Shown here: in pieces, positions 40,099 to 50,340 of the stretch
Numbering within the stretch: the first letter of the stretch is position 1
Layout: every line of letters begins with the position of its first letter
Source: an uncultured Pelagibacteraceae bacterium
GTDB taxonomy: Bacteria; Pseudomonadota; Alphaproteobacteria; Pelagibacterales; Pelagibacteraceae
Reading direction: 5' to 3'
DNA length: 64,000 nt
Assembly: GCA_902622245.1 (NCBI GenBank)
Contig: CACNPC010000003.1
Span: forward strand, 55,491 to 119,490
Notes under the pieces: generated by a model
What the model was told of the DNA's origin: nothing
Database searches by the model: none
The model's input: the letters and a program-made list of their open reading frames with translations, nothing else
Program-made: the position numbers and the translations under genes

Positions 40099-41037
40099 AT
40101 GGCAACTAAAACCAAAGCTATTAAAATTTCTCAAAAACATCTCCTAGGTATTCAAGATTTATCAATAAATGATGTTAATTTAATCTTAAAAGAAGCTGAA
40201 AAATTTATTGAATTAAACAAAAGCAAAAATAAAAAATTAGATTTACTTAAGGGGAAAACTCAAATTAACCTCTTTTTTGAACCATCAACAAGAACACAAA
40301 GCTCATTTGAGCTAGCAGGAAAAAGATTAGGTGCAGATGTTATGTCAATGAATATAACAAACTCAGCAATTAAAAAAGGTGAAACGTTAATAGACACTGC
40401 AATGACATTAAATGCAATGCATCCTGATATAATAGTTATTAGACATCAAGATTCAGGAGCTTGTAATCTTTTATCTCAAAAAGTTAATTGTGCTGTTTTA
40501 AATGCTGGTGATGGAAGGAGAGAGCACCCTACCCAAGCATTACTTGATGCATTAACTATATTGAATAGGAAAAAAAAAATTCAAGGATTAAAGGTTGCAA
40601 TTTGTGGAGATATTCTGCATTCAAGAGTAGCAAGATCTAATATTTACCTGTTAAACATGTTGGGTGCCGAAGTTAATATTGTAGCTCCTTCAAACCTTTT
40701 ACCAAAAGATATAGAAAAATTTGGGGTTAATATTTTTTCAAATATGAAGAAAGGTGTAAAAGATTGCGACATAGTAATGATGCTTAGACTTCAAAATGAA
40801 AGAATGAGTAGTTCATTCCTGTCATCTAATAGAGAGTACTATGAATACTATGGACTAACACAGGATAAATTAGAATATGCAAAATCAGATTCAATTATTA
40901 TGCATCCTGGTCCAATGAACCGCGGTATTGAAATTGATACAAAACTAGCTGATGACACCAATATGAGTGTTGTAAAAGAACAAGTTGAATTAGGTGTTGC
41001 GATAAGAATGGCATGTTTAAAAATTTTTTGTGAATGA
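40099..41037 (+). CDS. pyrB: Aspartate carbamoyltransferase catalytic subunit
   Basis: [28 protein letters not shown]; ATG 40099. Confidence 0.97.
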   Translation: MATKTKAIKISQKHLLGIQDLSINDVNLILKEAEKFIELNKSKNKKLDLLKGKTQINLFFEPSTRTQSSFELAGKRLGADVMSMNITNSAIKKGETLIDTAMTLNAMHPDIIVIRHQDSGACNLLSQKVNCAVLNAGDGRREHPTQALLDALTILNRKKKIQGLKVAICGDILHSRVARSNIYLLNMLGAEVNIVAPSNLLPKDIEKFGVNIFSNMKKGVKDCDIVMMLRLQNERMSSSFLSSNREYYEYYGLTQDKLEYAKSDSIIMHPGPMNRGIEIDTKLADDTNMSVVKEQVELGVAIRMACLKIFCE

Positions 41038-42323
41038 TGAAAAAGAAATACTTTATTAACGCAAATATTATTGATCCTCATAACAACATAAGTGAGATAG
41101 GAGGATTAATAATAGGTGAAGATGGAAAAATTGAAGGTGTTGGAAAAAAGGTGAATAAAAACAACATTCCTAGTAGAGAAAAAGTTATTGATTTAAAAGA
41201 GAATTATATTTTCCCAGGTATAGTTGATATGAGAGTATTTGTGGGTGAACCAGGTTATGAATATAAAGAAAATTTCAGAACTTTGAGCAATGCTGCATTA
41301 TCCGGGGGAGTAACCTCAGTTGTAACAATGCCTAATACTGATCCAATAATCGACAACGTTTCAATAGTAGATTTTTTAAAAAGACGAGGCAGAGATAAAT
41401 CAAAAATAAATATATTTCCCACAGCATCTCTAACAAAGGGTACTGAAGGTACAAATATGACAGAGTTTGGTCTTCTGCAAAGTAAAGGGATAATAGCATT
41501 TACAGATGGAATTAGAACAATTCAGAATACAAGAGTTATGTCCAGAATAATGAATTCAGCAAAAGATTTAGGATCTTTAATAATGCAACATGCGGAAGAT
41601 CAAGAATTAGCTGAAAATGGCATGATAAATGATGGAATAATTTCGACAAAACTTGGTTTGCAAGGTATCCCAGAAATAGCTGAACTAATAATTATAGAGA
41701 GAGATTTAACATTATTAGAAGAATATAATTGTCGTTATCACATTTCTCAGATTTCATCAGGAAAAGCAGTTGAAATTATCAGAGATAGAAAAGATAAAGT
41801 AAGATTTTCCTGTGGGGTATCAATAAATAATTTATCTTTAAATGAAAATGATATTGGTGACTTTAGAACTTTTTTAAAATTGTCTCCACCACTCAGGACT
41901 GAAGACGACAGATTAAGTTTAGTGCAAGGATTAAATGATGGTACAATCGATGTAATAGTTTCAGATCACAAACCTGAAGATGAAGAGCAAAAAAGATTAA
42001 CATTTGCTCAAGCCGCAACAGGGGCAACTGGTATTGAAACGTTATTATCTTTGTCATTAGAATTATATCACAATGGATCTGTAAAACTTGAAAAAATTAT
42101 TGCTGCATTAACCTCCAATCCATCAAAAATTTTGAAAATTAATAAAGGTAATTTATCTGTAGGTAATGATGCAGATTTCTGTATTGTGGATATAAATAAA
42201 CCTTGGATAGTAAAGCAAGAAAATTTGGTTTCTAAATCAAAAAATACGTCAATTGAAAATAAGAGATTACAAGGAAAAGTAACCAATACATTCGTAAAAG
42301 GACAAGAGCTTTACAATATTTAA
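41034..42323 (+). CDS. pyrC: Dihydroorotase-like protein, probably inactive (PyrC'/PyrX)
   Basis: Amidohydrolase fold motifs, but DxHxHxREPG reads [10 protein letters not shown] and HxxHxS reads HISQIS. Confidence 0.85.
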   Translation: MMKKKYFINANIIDPHNNISEIGGLIIGEDGKIEGVGKKVNKNNIPSREKVIDLKENYIFPGIVDMRVFVGEPGYEYKENFRTLSNAALSGGVTSVVTMPNTDPIIDNVSIVDFLKRRGRDKSKINIFPTASLTKGTEGTNMTEFGLLQSKGIIAFTDGIRTIQNTRVMSRIMNSAKDLGSLIMQHAEDQELAENGMINDGIISTKLGLQGIPEIAELIIIERDLTLLEEYNCRYHISQISSGKAVEIIRDRKDKVRFSCGVSINNLSLNENDIGDFRTFLKLSPPLRTEDDRLSLVQGLNDGTIDVIVSDHKPEDEEQKRLTFAQAATGATGIETLLSLSLELYHNGSVKLEKIIAALTSNPSKILKINKGNLSVGNDADFCIVDINKPWIVKQENLVSKSKNTSIENKRLQGKVTNTFVKGQELYNI

Positions 42324-42896
42324 ATGGAAATATTTATTTTATCACTTTTATCATATTTATTAGGTTCTATTCCTTTTGGTTTTTTATTAACAAAAATTTT
42401 TTTAAAAAAAGACATAAGAGAAACAGGATCGGGTAATATAGGCGCCACCAATGTATTAAGAACTGGCAATAAATTTTTAGGTTACTCAACTTTATTACTA
42501 GACATTTTAAAAGCGGTTTTGCCAATAATTTATGTTAAGTTAAATTATCCAGAATTTATTTACATTTGTTCATTATCTGTTTTTTTAGGACATGTTTTTC
42601 CAATATGGTTAAAATTTAAAGGTGGTAAGGGTGTTGCAACATATGTTGGAATGTTGATTATTTTAAATTATTTTTTGGGTATTGTTTTTGGTATTGTTTG
42701 GGTAATTACATATTTAATTTCTAAATACTCATCATTAGGATCAATTCTTGGATCATTAAGTGTTCCTATTTTTATATTTTTTTATAGTAATGATAACATT
42801 ATGTTTTACTTCATAATGTTTATTTTAATTTTTTACACTCATAGAGAAAACGTTAAACGCTTGATAAATAAAGAAGAAACTAAGACAAAAATTTAA
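42324..42896 (+). CDS. plsY: Glycerol-3-phosphate acyltransferase PlsY
   Basis: LGSIPFG, GSGNIGATN, GGKGVAT, HRENVKRL. Confidence 0.96.
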   Translation: MEIFILSLLSYLLGSIPFGFLLTKIFLKKDIRETGSGNIGATNVLRTGNKFLGYSTLLLDILKAVLPIIYVKLNYPEFIYICSLSVFLGHVFPIWLKFKGGKGVATYVGMLIILNYFLGIVFGIVWVITYLISKYSSLGSILGSLSVPIFIFFYSNDNIMFYFIMFILIFYTHRENVKRLINKEETKTKI

Positions 42897-42900
42897 TAAT

Positions 42901-42928
42901 TTGACAGTTTAACTGTTTTAAGTACGTT
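42901..42928 (+). promoter_or_regulatory. Putative sigma70 promoter of topA
   Basis: TTGACA (42901-42906), 16 nt, TACGTT (42923-42928), 8 nt to ATG; overlapped by palindrome ACAGTT-T-AACTGT. Confidence 0.5.
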
Positions 42929-42936
42929 CTCTAAAT

Positions 42937-45504
42937 ATGAATCTAGTAATTGTTGAAAGTCCAGCAAAAGCAAAAACAATTAATAAATATTTAGGATCAG
43001 ATTATACAGTTCTTGCAAGCTATGGACATATAAGAGATCTGCCTTCGAAAAATGGCTCTGTTGATCCTGAAAATGATTTTAAAATGATTTGGGAAGTAGA
43101 TAGTTTTTCAAAAAAATATTTAAAAGAAATTACAGATAGTGCTAAAGATTCAAAAAAAATTATTCTAGCTACTGACCCTGACCGAGAAGGTGAAGCAATA
43201 GCTTGGCATGTAAAAGAGTTTCTTGAAGAAAAAAAATTATTAAAAGATAAAGAAGTTGAAAGAGTTGTTTTCAACGAAATAACAAAAAAAGCAGTTACAA
43301 ATGGAATAGATAATCCAAGAAAAATAGAACCACATTTAGTTGATGCTTATATGGCAAGAAGAGCTCTAGATTATCTAGTAGGTTTTAATATCTCCCCCAT
43401 TCTATGGACAAAATTACCAGGTTCTAAATCTGCTGGTCGAGTTCAGTCTGTAGCTCTAAGACTTTTAACCGAAAGAGAACAGGAAATAGAAGTTTTTCAA
43501 CCTAAAGAATTTTGGACTTTAAATATAATTTTTAAAAATAACAAAAATGAAAAAATAAATACAACTATTTCACAATTAGATGGAAATAAGGTTGAGAAAT
43601 TTTCATTTAAAAACAAACAAGATATTAGCGACGCTTTATCAAAAATAAAAAATAAAAAATATAATATAACAGATATAAGTTCAAAAACTTATAACAGAAA
43701 TCCATCAGGACCTTTTACTACATCGACATTACAACAAACAGCATCGAGTAAACTTGGTTTTGGAGCATCAAGGACAATGCAAATTGCTCAAAGACTATAT
43801 CAAGGAATTGATATTGAAGGTGAAACTGTAGGATTAATTACTTATATGAGAACAGATGGAACTAATATTTCAAAAGATGCGATAACATCTTTCAGAGATT
43901 TTATAATGCAGAATTATGGTGATAAATATTTACCAGAACAACCTCTAAATTATAGTGGCAAAAAAGCAAAGAATGCTCAAGAAGCTCACGAAGCTATACG
44001 TCCAACAGAAATAATTCGAAAACCAGAAGATATGAAAAAATACCTAAGTACTGATCAATATAAACTTTATAATTTAATATGGTCTAGATCTTTATCATCA
44101 CAAATGCAGTCAGCCAAATTTGATAGAAAAACTATTACCATCAACTCAGATGATGATAAAAATATATTCAAAGCTAGTGGTTCAACATTAAAATTTGATG
44201 GTTTCCTTAAACTATATAAGATCGACGAAAATGATGATGACAATGAAAATATTTTGCCAGATGTTGAAAAAGGTGATGTAATGTTTGAAGATCATATTGA
44301 TGAACAGCACTATACACAACCACCGCCTAGATATTCAGAGGCAAGTCTAGTTAAAAAATTAGAGGAGCTAGGAATTGGAAGACCATCTACTTATGCAAGT
44401 ATTATTTCAGTAATAGCTAATAGAGGTTATGCTGACATAAATAATAAAAGATTTTTCCCAACTGATAGAGGGAAATTACTTTCTGCGTTTTTAGAAAAAT
44501 TATTTACCAAATATGTTGATTATGATTTTACTGCAAAATTAGAAGATCAATTAGATGATATAACTTCAGGTAAAGAAAATTGGATAAAAGTTTTAGAGAA
44601 TTTTTGGAAAGATTTTAATTCTAATGTTTCAGGTGTGAAAGAAAAAAGAACCAGAGAAGTATTAGACCTATTAAATGAAAGTCTTGGATCACTAATATTT
44701 GAGGTCGATAAGGATGGAAATATTGATAGAAAATGCAAGCTTTGTGAATCTGGGCAATTAAGTTTAAAAAATAGTTTTAGAGGTGGTGCTTTTATTGGGT
44801 GTTCAAATTATCCAGACTGCAAATTTACAAGACCACTATCAAAATCTAAAGCAGCACAACAATTGACACTAGCAGAACCTAAATTCATTGGAAAAAATGA
44901 TAAAGGTAAAGATATTTATCTTAAAAATGGAAGATTTGGCCCATATTTGCAATTTGAAAAAGAAGTCATAGAGGAAGATGAAAAAACTAAAAAGAAAAAA
45001 AGAAAATTAAAGAAAGAAGAAAATAATTTAAAAAATGTTTCTATCCCTAAAGGAATTGAGATTGAAAATCTTGATTTAGAAAAGGCAAAATACTTATGCT
45101 CATTACCATTAAGTTTAGGTAAAAATCCTGAAAATGATAAGGATATTACTGTGAATGTTGGAAGATTTGGTCCTTACCTTAAATGTGAAAATAAATCTGC
45201 TAGGCTAGAAAATGTGGACGAATTATTCACAATTGGATTAAATAGAGCTGTTACATTAATTGCTGAAGCTAAACCAGGAAGAATTTCATCATCTATGATA
45301 AAAGATTTAGGAGAGCACCCTGAAGATAAAAAGCCAGTTAGAGTCATGAAAGGTCAGTATGGACCTTACATTAAATACAAATCTTTAAACGCGACTATAC
45401 CTGAAGAAAAAGATCCTGTTGAATTAACTATGGAAGAAGCATTAATTTTAATTGAGAAAAGAAAAGAATACGATAGAAATAAAAAGAAAAAGAAAGGCAA
45501 ATAA
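42937..45504 (+). CDS. topA: DNA topoisomerase I
   Basis: IVESPAK, ATDPDREGE, AGRVQS, ITYMRTD, one C4 ribbon, GRFGPY C-terminal repeats. Confidence 0.98.
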   Translation: MNLVIVESPAKAKTINKYLGSDYTVLASYGHIRDLPSKNGSVDPENDFKMIWEVDSFSKKYLKEITDSAKDSKKIILATDPDREGEAIAWHVKEFLEEKKLLKDKEVERVVFNEITKKAVTNGIDNPRKIEPHLVDAYMARRALDYLVGFNISPILWTKLPGSKSAGRVQSVALRLLTEREQEIEVFQPKEFWTLNIIFKNNKNEKINTTISQLDGNKVEKFSFKNKQDISDALSKIKNKKYNITDISSKTYNRNPSGPFTTSTLQQTASSKLGFGASRTMQIAQRLYQGIDIEGETVGLITYMRTDGTNISKDAITSFRDFIMQNYGDKYLPEQPLNYSGKKAKNAQEAHEAIRPTEIIRKPEDMKKYLSTDQYKLYNLIWSRSLSSQMQSAKFDRKTITINSDDDKNIFKASGSTLKFDGFLKLYKIDENDDDNENILPDVEKGDVMFEDHIDEQHYTQPPPRYSEASLVKKLEELGIGRPSTYASIISVIANRGYADINNKRFFPTDRGKLLSAFLEKLFTKYVDYDFTAKLEDQLDDITSGKENWIKVLENFWKDFNSNVSGVKEKRTREVLDLLNESLGSLIFEVDKDGNIDRKCKLCESGQLSLKNSFRGGAFIGCSNYPDCKFTRPLSKSKAAQQLTLAEPKFIGKNDKGKDIYLKNGRFGPYLQFEKEVIEEDEKTKKKKRKLKKEENNLKNVSIPKGIEIENLDLEKAKYLCSLPLSLGKNPENDKDITVNVGRFGPYLKCENKSARLENVDELFTIGLNRAVTLIAEAKPGRISSSMIKDLGEHPEDKKPVRVMKGQYGPYIKYKSLNATIPEEKDPVELTMEEALILIEKRKEYDRNKKKKKGK

Positions 45505-45965
45505 TGTCAGCAGATGAAAATTTAAAGAATTTAAATATCAAATTGCCAAAAGCTAATGATCCTGTTGGATCATATGCTGCTACAAGAATATCTGGAAATT
45601 TACTATACATATCTGGTCAAATATCAATTGATGAGAATGGAAAATTAATTAAGGGAAAACTCGGAAAAGATTTTAATACTGAACAAGGTTATGAGGCAGC
45701 TAAAAGATGTGCATTAAGCATAATATCTCAAGCAAAAAAATCGTGTGGTGATGATTTATCCAAAATTAAATCATGTTTGAAACTTACTGGATATGTTAAT
45801 TCTACTGATGATTTTACTGAGCAGCCAAAAGTCATAAATGGAGCCTCAGATCTAATAAAAAGTGTATTTGATGAAGCTGGCTCACACGCAAGAGCTGCTG
45901 TCAGCACTAATAGCCTTCCATTGGGTGTTGCAGTTGAAGTTGATGCAATATTTGATCTTAATTAA
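45504..45965 (+). CDS. RidA/YjgF/YER057c/UK114 family protein
   Basis: PVGSY, LYISGQI, INGAS, HARAAV...LP..VAVE. Confidence 0.88.
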   Translation: MSADENLKNLNIKLPKANDPVGSYAATRISGNLLYISGQISIDENGKLIKGKLGKDFNTEQGYEAAKRCALSIISQAKKSCGDDLSKIKSCLKLTGYVNSTDDFTEQPKVINGASDLIKSVFDEAGSHARAAVSTNSLPLGVAVEVDAIFDLN

Positions 45966-47255
45966 TTATCTACCAATACTAAAATAATTTATTTTATTTT
46001 TTTTCATTTCAGAAGTTGAGTAAAGATTTCTCATATCAAAAACTTTAAAATTTCTTTTTTTTGTAATTTTTTTAAAGTTTAGTTGCTTAAATTCATTCCA
46101 TTCTGTATGGATAATTATTAAATCTGCGCTTTTACAAGCATCTTTTATATTTTCAAAAAAGTTTATATTTTTAGATTTTAATTCCTTTTTCTTGCCGGTT
46201 GGTTCGTAATAATTTATATGTGCACCCCTCCTTATCAAAGATGGTATCATTTTTAATGAAGAGGACTCTCTCATGTCATCAGTACCTGGTTTAAAGGTAA
46301 CACCCAAAAATGTAATATTTTTATTTTTAATTTTGTTATTCATTATTTTGCTAATTTTATTTAATAATAAATTATTTCTTTTATCATTTGAATTAATTAC
46401 TGATTTTACAACTGAAAGATTTGTATTAAACATTCTACCAGTTGAAACGAGTGCCCTTGTATCCTTTGGAAAACATGATCCACCATAAGCTGGGCCAGCT
46501 CGTAGAAATCTGCTTCCAATCCTTTCATCTAAACCCATGCCAATTGCAACTTCTTTAACGTCTATGTTTGATTTTTCACATAAATTGGCTATTTCATTAA
46601 TAAATGTAATTTTAGTTGCTAAAAAAGCGTTTGATGCATATTTAATTAGTTCTGCTGATCGTCTAGAAGTATGAAAATATCTTCCACCCTTCTTAATTAA
46701 AGGTAGATATAATTTTTTCATAATTTTATTTGCTTTATTGCTGTTAGTGCCGACAACAACTCTATCTGGGAATTGAAAATCTCTAATAGCTTCACCTTCT
46801 CTTAAAAATTCAGGATTAGATACAACATCAAACTTATTTTTATTTTTATTTGATTTTATAATTTTTGTTATTTTATCACCTGTGGTCACTGGAACAGTAG
46901 ATTTAGTAACTATTATTTTATACCTATTTAGATTAGATTTTATACTTTTGGTAACCTTAAATACATAATTCAAATCAGCTTTATTATTTTTGGTAGGAGT
47001 TCCAACGCAAATAAATATGATATCTGACTTTTTTATTGAGCTAGAAATATCTGTTGTAAATAAAAGTCTTTTTTTTTTTAAATTTCTTACAACTAATTCT
47101 TGAAGACCAGGTTCATAAATTGGTACTATTCCTTTCTTTAATTTTTCTATAGTTTCTCTGTTAATATCAACACATGTAACTGTATTACCTAGGTCAGAAA
47201 AACAAGCCCCACTAACTAAACCAACATAACCAGATCCTATAATGCAAATTTTCAT
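45966..47255 (-). CDS. ugd: UDP-glucose 6-dehydrogenase
   Basis: GSGYVGL, ICVGTP, KSTVP, NPEFLREG, GGSCFPKD, FKPGTDDMRES. Confidence 0.95.
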   Translation of the reverse strand: MKICIIGSGYVGLVSGACFSDLGNTVTCVDINRETIEKLKKGIVPIYEPGLQELVVRNLKKKRLLFTTDISSSIKKSDIIFICVGTPTKNNKADLNYVFKVTKSIKSNLNRYKIIVTKSTVPVTTGDKITKIIKSNKNKNKFDVVSNPEFLREGEAIRDFQFPDRVVVGTNSNKANKIMKKLYLPLIKKGGRYFHTSRRSAELIKYASNAFLATKITFINEIANLCEKSNIDVKEVAIGMGLDERIGSRFLRAGPAYGGSCFPKDTRALVSTGRMFNTNLSVVKSVINSNDKRNNLLLNKISKIMNNKIKNKNITFLGVTFKPGTDDMRESSSLKMIPSLIRRGAHINYYEPTGKKKELKSKNINFFENIKDACKSADLIIIHTEWNEFKQLNFKKITKKRNFKVFDMRNLYSTSEMKKNKINYFSIGR

Positions 47256-48067
47256 AGCTTAGAAATTTCGATTCCAGATTTAATATAACCTTTAATAGAT
47301 CCACAATCTAAATAATTACCTCTAAATTTGTGTCCAATAAATAAATATTGATCTAATATCATTCGTCTTATTGCATCTGTAATATGTATTTCACCACCTT
47401 TACCTTTTTTTTGATTTTGTAAATAATGAAAAATTTTCTTTGATAATATATATCTACCTATTACTGCGTTATTTGAAGGTGCATCTTTAGTATTAGGTTT
47501 TTCAATTACATCTGCAATTTTAAAATTTAATTTGTCAATATTTTTTTTAATTGAATAAATTCCCCAACGATCTACATTATTTTTTTTAACTTTCATGCTA
47601 GCCATTACAGAACCTTTTAATTTTTTATGAATTTTTATCATATCTTTTGAGCAATTCTTTTTCATAATTAAATCATCAGGTAACAACATTAAAAAATAAT
47701 CATTTTTTATAAACTTTTTTGTTTTGAGTACAGCATCACCAGTCCCCATGGGTTTATTCTGATAAACAAATTTGATTTTTTTTCTAAAAAAAAGAATTTT
47801 TTTATACTCTTTAATTATTCTTGGATCTTTCTTTTTTTTAATAATTGATTTGTAAAAATTATCATTATTGAAATATTTCCTTATCATCTCTTTTTTTTTT
47901 GAAATAATAAAAATTATTTCACTTACACCAGCTTCAATACATTCATCTAAAATATACTCAATACCTGGTTTTCCATTTATTGGGAGCAGTTCTTTAGGAA
48001 AAACACTTGTTAAAGGTAGCAAACGTGTACCCAAACCGGCAAGAGGAATAATAGCTTGTTTAATCAT
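47252..48067 (-). CDS. galU: UTP-glucose-1-phosphate uridylyltransferase
   Basis: PLAGLGTRLLP...PKELLP, QNKPMGTGDAV, IEKP, GEIHITDA. Confidence 0.92.
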   Translation of the reverse strand: MIKQAIIPLAGLGTRLLPLTSVFPKELLPINGKPGIEYILDECIEAGVSEIIFIISKKKEMIRKYFNNDNFYKSIIKKKKDPRIIKEYKKILFFRKKIKFVYQNKPMGTGDAVLKTKKFIKNDYFLMLLPDDLIMKKNCSKDMIKIHKKLKGSVMASMKVKKNNVDRWGIYSIKKNIDKLNFKIADVIEKPNTKDAPSNNAVIGRYILSKKIFHYLQNQKKGKGGEIHITDAIRRMILDQYLFIGHKFRGNYLDCGSIKGYIKSGIEISKL

Positions 48068-48101
48068 TAAGATGTTTTACTTATAATCATATTTATTAAA
48101 A

Positions 48102-48905
48102 ATGAAAATTTTAAAAAATATTTTTGAACTAAATAAGGCAGTAAAAAATTACAAAAATGTTGGATTTGTACCTACAATGGGGGGAATTCATAAAGGCCAC
48201 GTATCTTTAATAAAAATTTCACAAAATAATAACAAAGAAACGATAGTAAGTATTTTCGTCAATCCAACACAATTTAATCAAAAAAAAGATTTTAAGAATT
48301 ATCCTAGAAATATAAGAAAAGATATTTCAATATTAAAAAAACTAAAAGTTAATTATTTGTTTTTACCCGAGGTCAATGAAATTTATAAAAATAGAATGAA
48401 GAATTTTAAACTTAATAAATCTGATAAAATTTTATGTGCTAAATATAGAAAAGGTCATTTTGAAGGTGTATTAAACGTTATGAATAGATTGTTATCTATT
48501 GTTAAATCTAAGTTTGTTTATATGGGTGAAAAAGATTTTCAACAATACATGTTAATTAAAAGAATATTAGGTAAAAAATATAAAATAAATATTGTTGGTT
48601 GTCCTACCATTCGAGAAAATAATAAAATTGCTTTATCCACAAGAAACAAATTGTTAAATAAATCATACATAAAAAAAGCATCAAAAATAGCCATCAAATT
48701 AGATAAATTAAAAAAATTATCAAAAATGAATAAATTTGTGGATTTGTCAAAATCCAAATATGAACTTGAAAATAAATTCAAAATTAAAATTGATTATCTT
48801 GAATTTAGAGATGAGAAAAAAATGAAATTAGATAATTTTAAATCTAAATACAGACTATTTATTGCCTATCATATTAATGGAGTAAGATTAATTGATAATT
48901 TTTGA
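48102..48905 (+). CDS. panC: Pantoate-beta-alanine ligase
   Basis: VPTMG.IHKGH, SIFVNPTQF, GHFEGV, GEKDFQQ, ALSTRN, RLIDN. Confidence 0.94.
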   Translation: MKILKNIFELNKAVKNYKNVGFVPTMGGIHKGHVSLIKISQNNNKETIVSIFVNPTQFNQKKDFKNYPRNIRKDISILKKLKVNYLFLPEVNEIYKNRMKNFKLNKSDKILCAKYRKGHFEGVLNVMNRLLSIVKSKFVYMGEKDFQQYMLIKRILGKKYKINIVGCPTIRENNKIALSTRNKLLNKSYIKKASKIAIKLDKLKKLSKMNKFVDLSKSKYELENKFKIKIDYLEFRDEKKMKLDNFKSKYRLFIAYHINGVRLIDNF

Positions 48906-50279
48906 TTATAAGAAATAAGCTCCTACACCTAAGAAAGATACAAATCCAATTACATCTGTTATTGTCGTAACAAATACACTAGAAGAAATTGCAGGATCAA
49001 TTTTCATTTTATTTAATGTTACAGGTACTAGAATACCAAAAAGACCAGCAACTATCATAGTTAAAACCATTGAAATTGAGATTATTAGGGAGAGCTGGAT
49101 ATCATTAAACCATAGTTGAACTATCAAAGAACTTATAATTGCAAAAATAACTCCATTTAAAACTCCAATATTGAATTCTTTAATAATATTATTCGTAAAA
49201 TTATTTTTTGTTAAATCCTGTGTCGCTAAAGATCTTACTGTGACAGCCAATGTTTGCATGCCAGCGTTACCACCCATTGATGCAACAATTGGCATTAAAA
49301 AAGCCAATACTACCATTTGTTCTATAGTAGCACCAAATAGACTAATGCAATAAGTTGCTAGAAAAGCAGTAAACAAGTTTAATAACAACCAATTAAATCT
49401 TCTCTTAGTTTTTGTTATTACTCCATCAGTTATTTCTTCATCACCTACTCCAGCTAATCTAAGTGCGTCCTCTTCAGCTTCCTCTTTTAATACTGTCAGA
49501 ACATCATCATAAGCTATCATTCCAACTAATTTGTCAGACTTATCCACCACAGCTGCTGAACTCAAATTATAATTTTCAAATAAATTACCGACTTCCTCTC
49601 TGTCCATATCAACTGGTATTAAAGTTTGAGATTCGGCCATTATAGACATCATTTTTGTGTCTCTTGGCGTTCTTAATACTCTTGAAGATGGAACTGTACC
49701 AATGGGTTTGAATTCTTGATCAACTATAAATATTTCTAAAAATTCTTCAGGAAGTTCTTTATTTTCTCTCAAATAATCTATCGTTTGTCCAACAGACCAG
49801 TTACTTGGTATAGCTGTAAATTCACGCTGCATTAATCTAGCAGCAGAATCTTCAGGATAACTTAAGCTTTCAAGTAATGCAAATCGGTCTTTTGGAGGTA
49901 ATGAACTAAGGATTGTATTTTTATCTTTTTCATCAACATTTTCTAAAATCTTAATTGCATCATCTGACTCTAAATTTTTTAGTATGTTAACAATTGAATC
50001 AGATGATAAATAAGCAATCATCTCAGATTGAATCGACTCATTTAATTCAACAAAAACTTCAGGATCAACTTTGAAACTATTTAATTTTATTAAATTTTCT
50101 CTATCATTTTGACTTAAATGTTCAATTATATCAGCAGCATCTGCTGGATGCATAGCATTGAACGAATTTGTAATAAATCCAGCATCATTTGAGGCAATTT
50201 TATCTGTGACAACTTTGATGAATTCTTTATTAAATTCAAAGTTAACTTTTTTATCTTTTATTTTTTTCACTATAGTCAT
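48906..50279 (-). CDS. mgtE: Magnesium transporter MgtE
   Basis: HPADAAD, CBS pair, PIVASMGGNAG.Q, DPAISS, TTITDVIG. Confidence 0.96.
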   Translation of the reverse strand: MTIVKKIKDKKVNFEFNKEFIKVVTDKIASNDAGFITNSFNAMHPADAADIIEHLSQNDRENLIKLNSFKVDPEVFVELNESIQSEMIAYLSSDSIVNILKNLESDDAIKILENVDEKDKNTILSSLPPKDRFALLESLSYPEDSAARLMQREFTAIPSNWSVGQTIDYLRENKELPEEFLEIFIVDQEFKPIGTVPSSRVLRTPRDTKMMSIMAESQTLIPVDMDREEVGNLFENYNLSSAAVVDKSDKLVGMIAYDDVLTVLKEEAEEDALRLAGVGDEEITDGVITKTKRRFNWLLLNLFTAFLATYCISLFGATIEQMVVLAFLMPIVASMGGNAGMQTLAVTVRSLATQDLTKNNFTNNIIKEFNIGVLNGVIFAIISSLIVQLWFNDIQLSLIISISMVLTMIVAGLFGILVPVTLNKMKIDPAISSSVFVTTITDVIGFVSFLGVGAYFL

Positions 50280-50340
50280 AAAATTTACCTATAATTTAGT
50301 TGGCACTATTAATACAAAATAAAAATAATACAAATTTATA

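Noticed and set aside
45966-48067. galU-ugd as the edge of a surface-polysaccharide island
   Set aside because: Flanked by core genes, with no glycosyltransferases or export genes nearby
50280-50340. TTGGCACT as a CIRCE half-site, or a tRNA remnant between mgtE and lipB
   Set aside because: No matching right arm (GAGTGCCAA) and no tRNA arms or TTCGA motif
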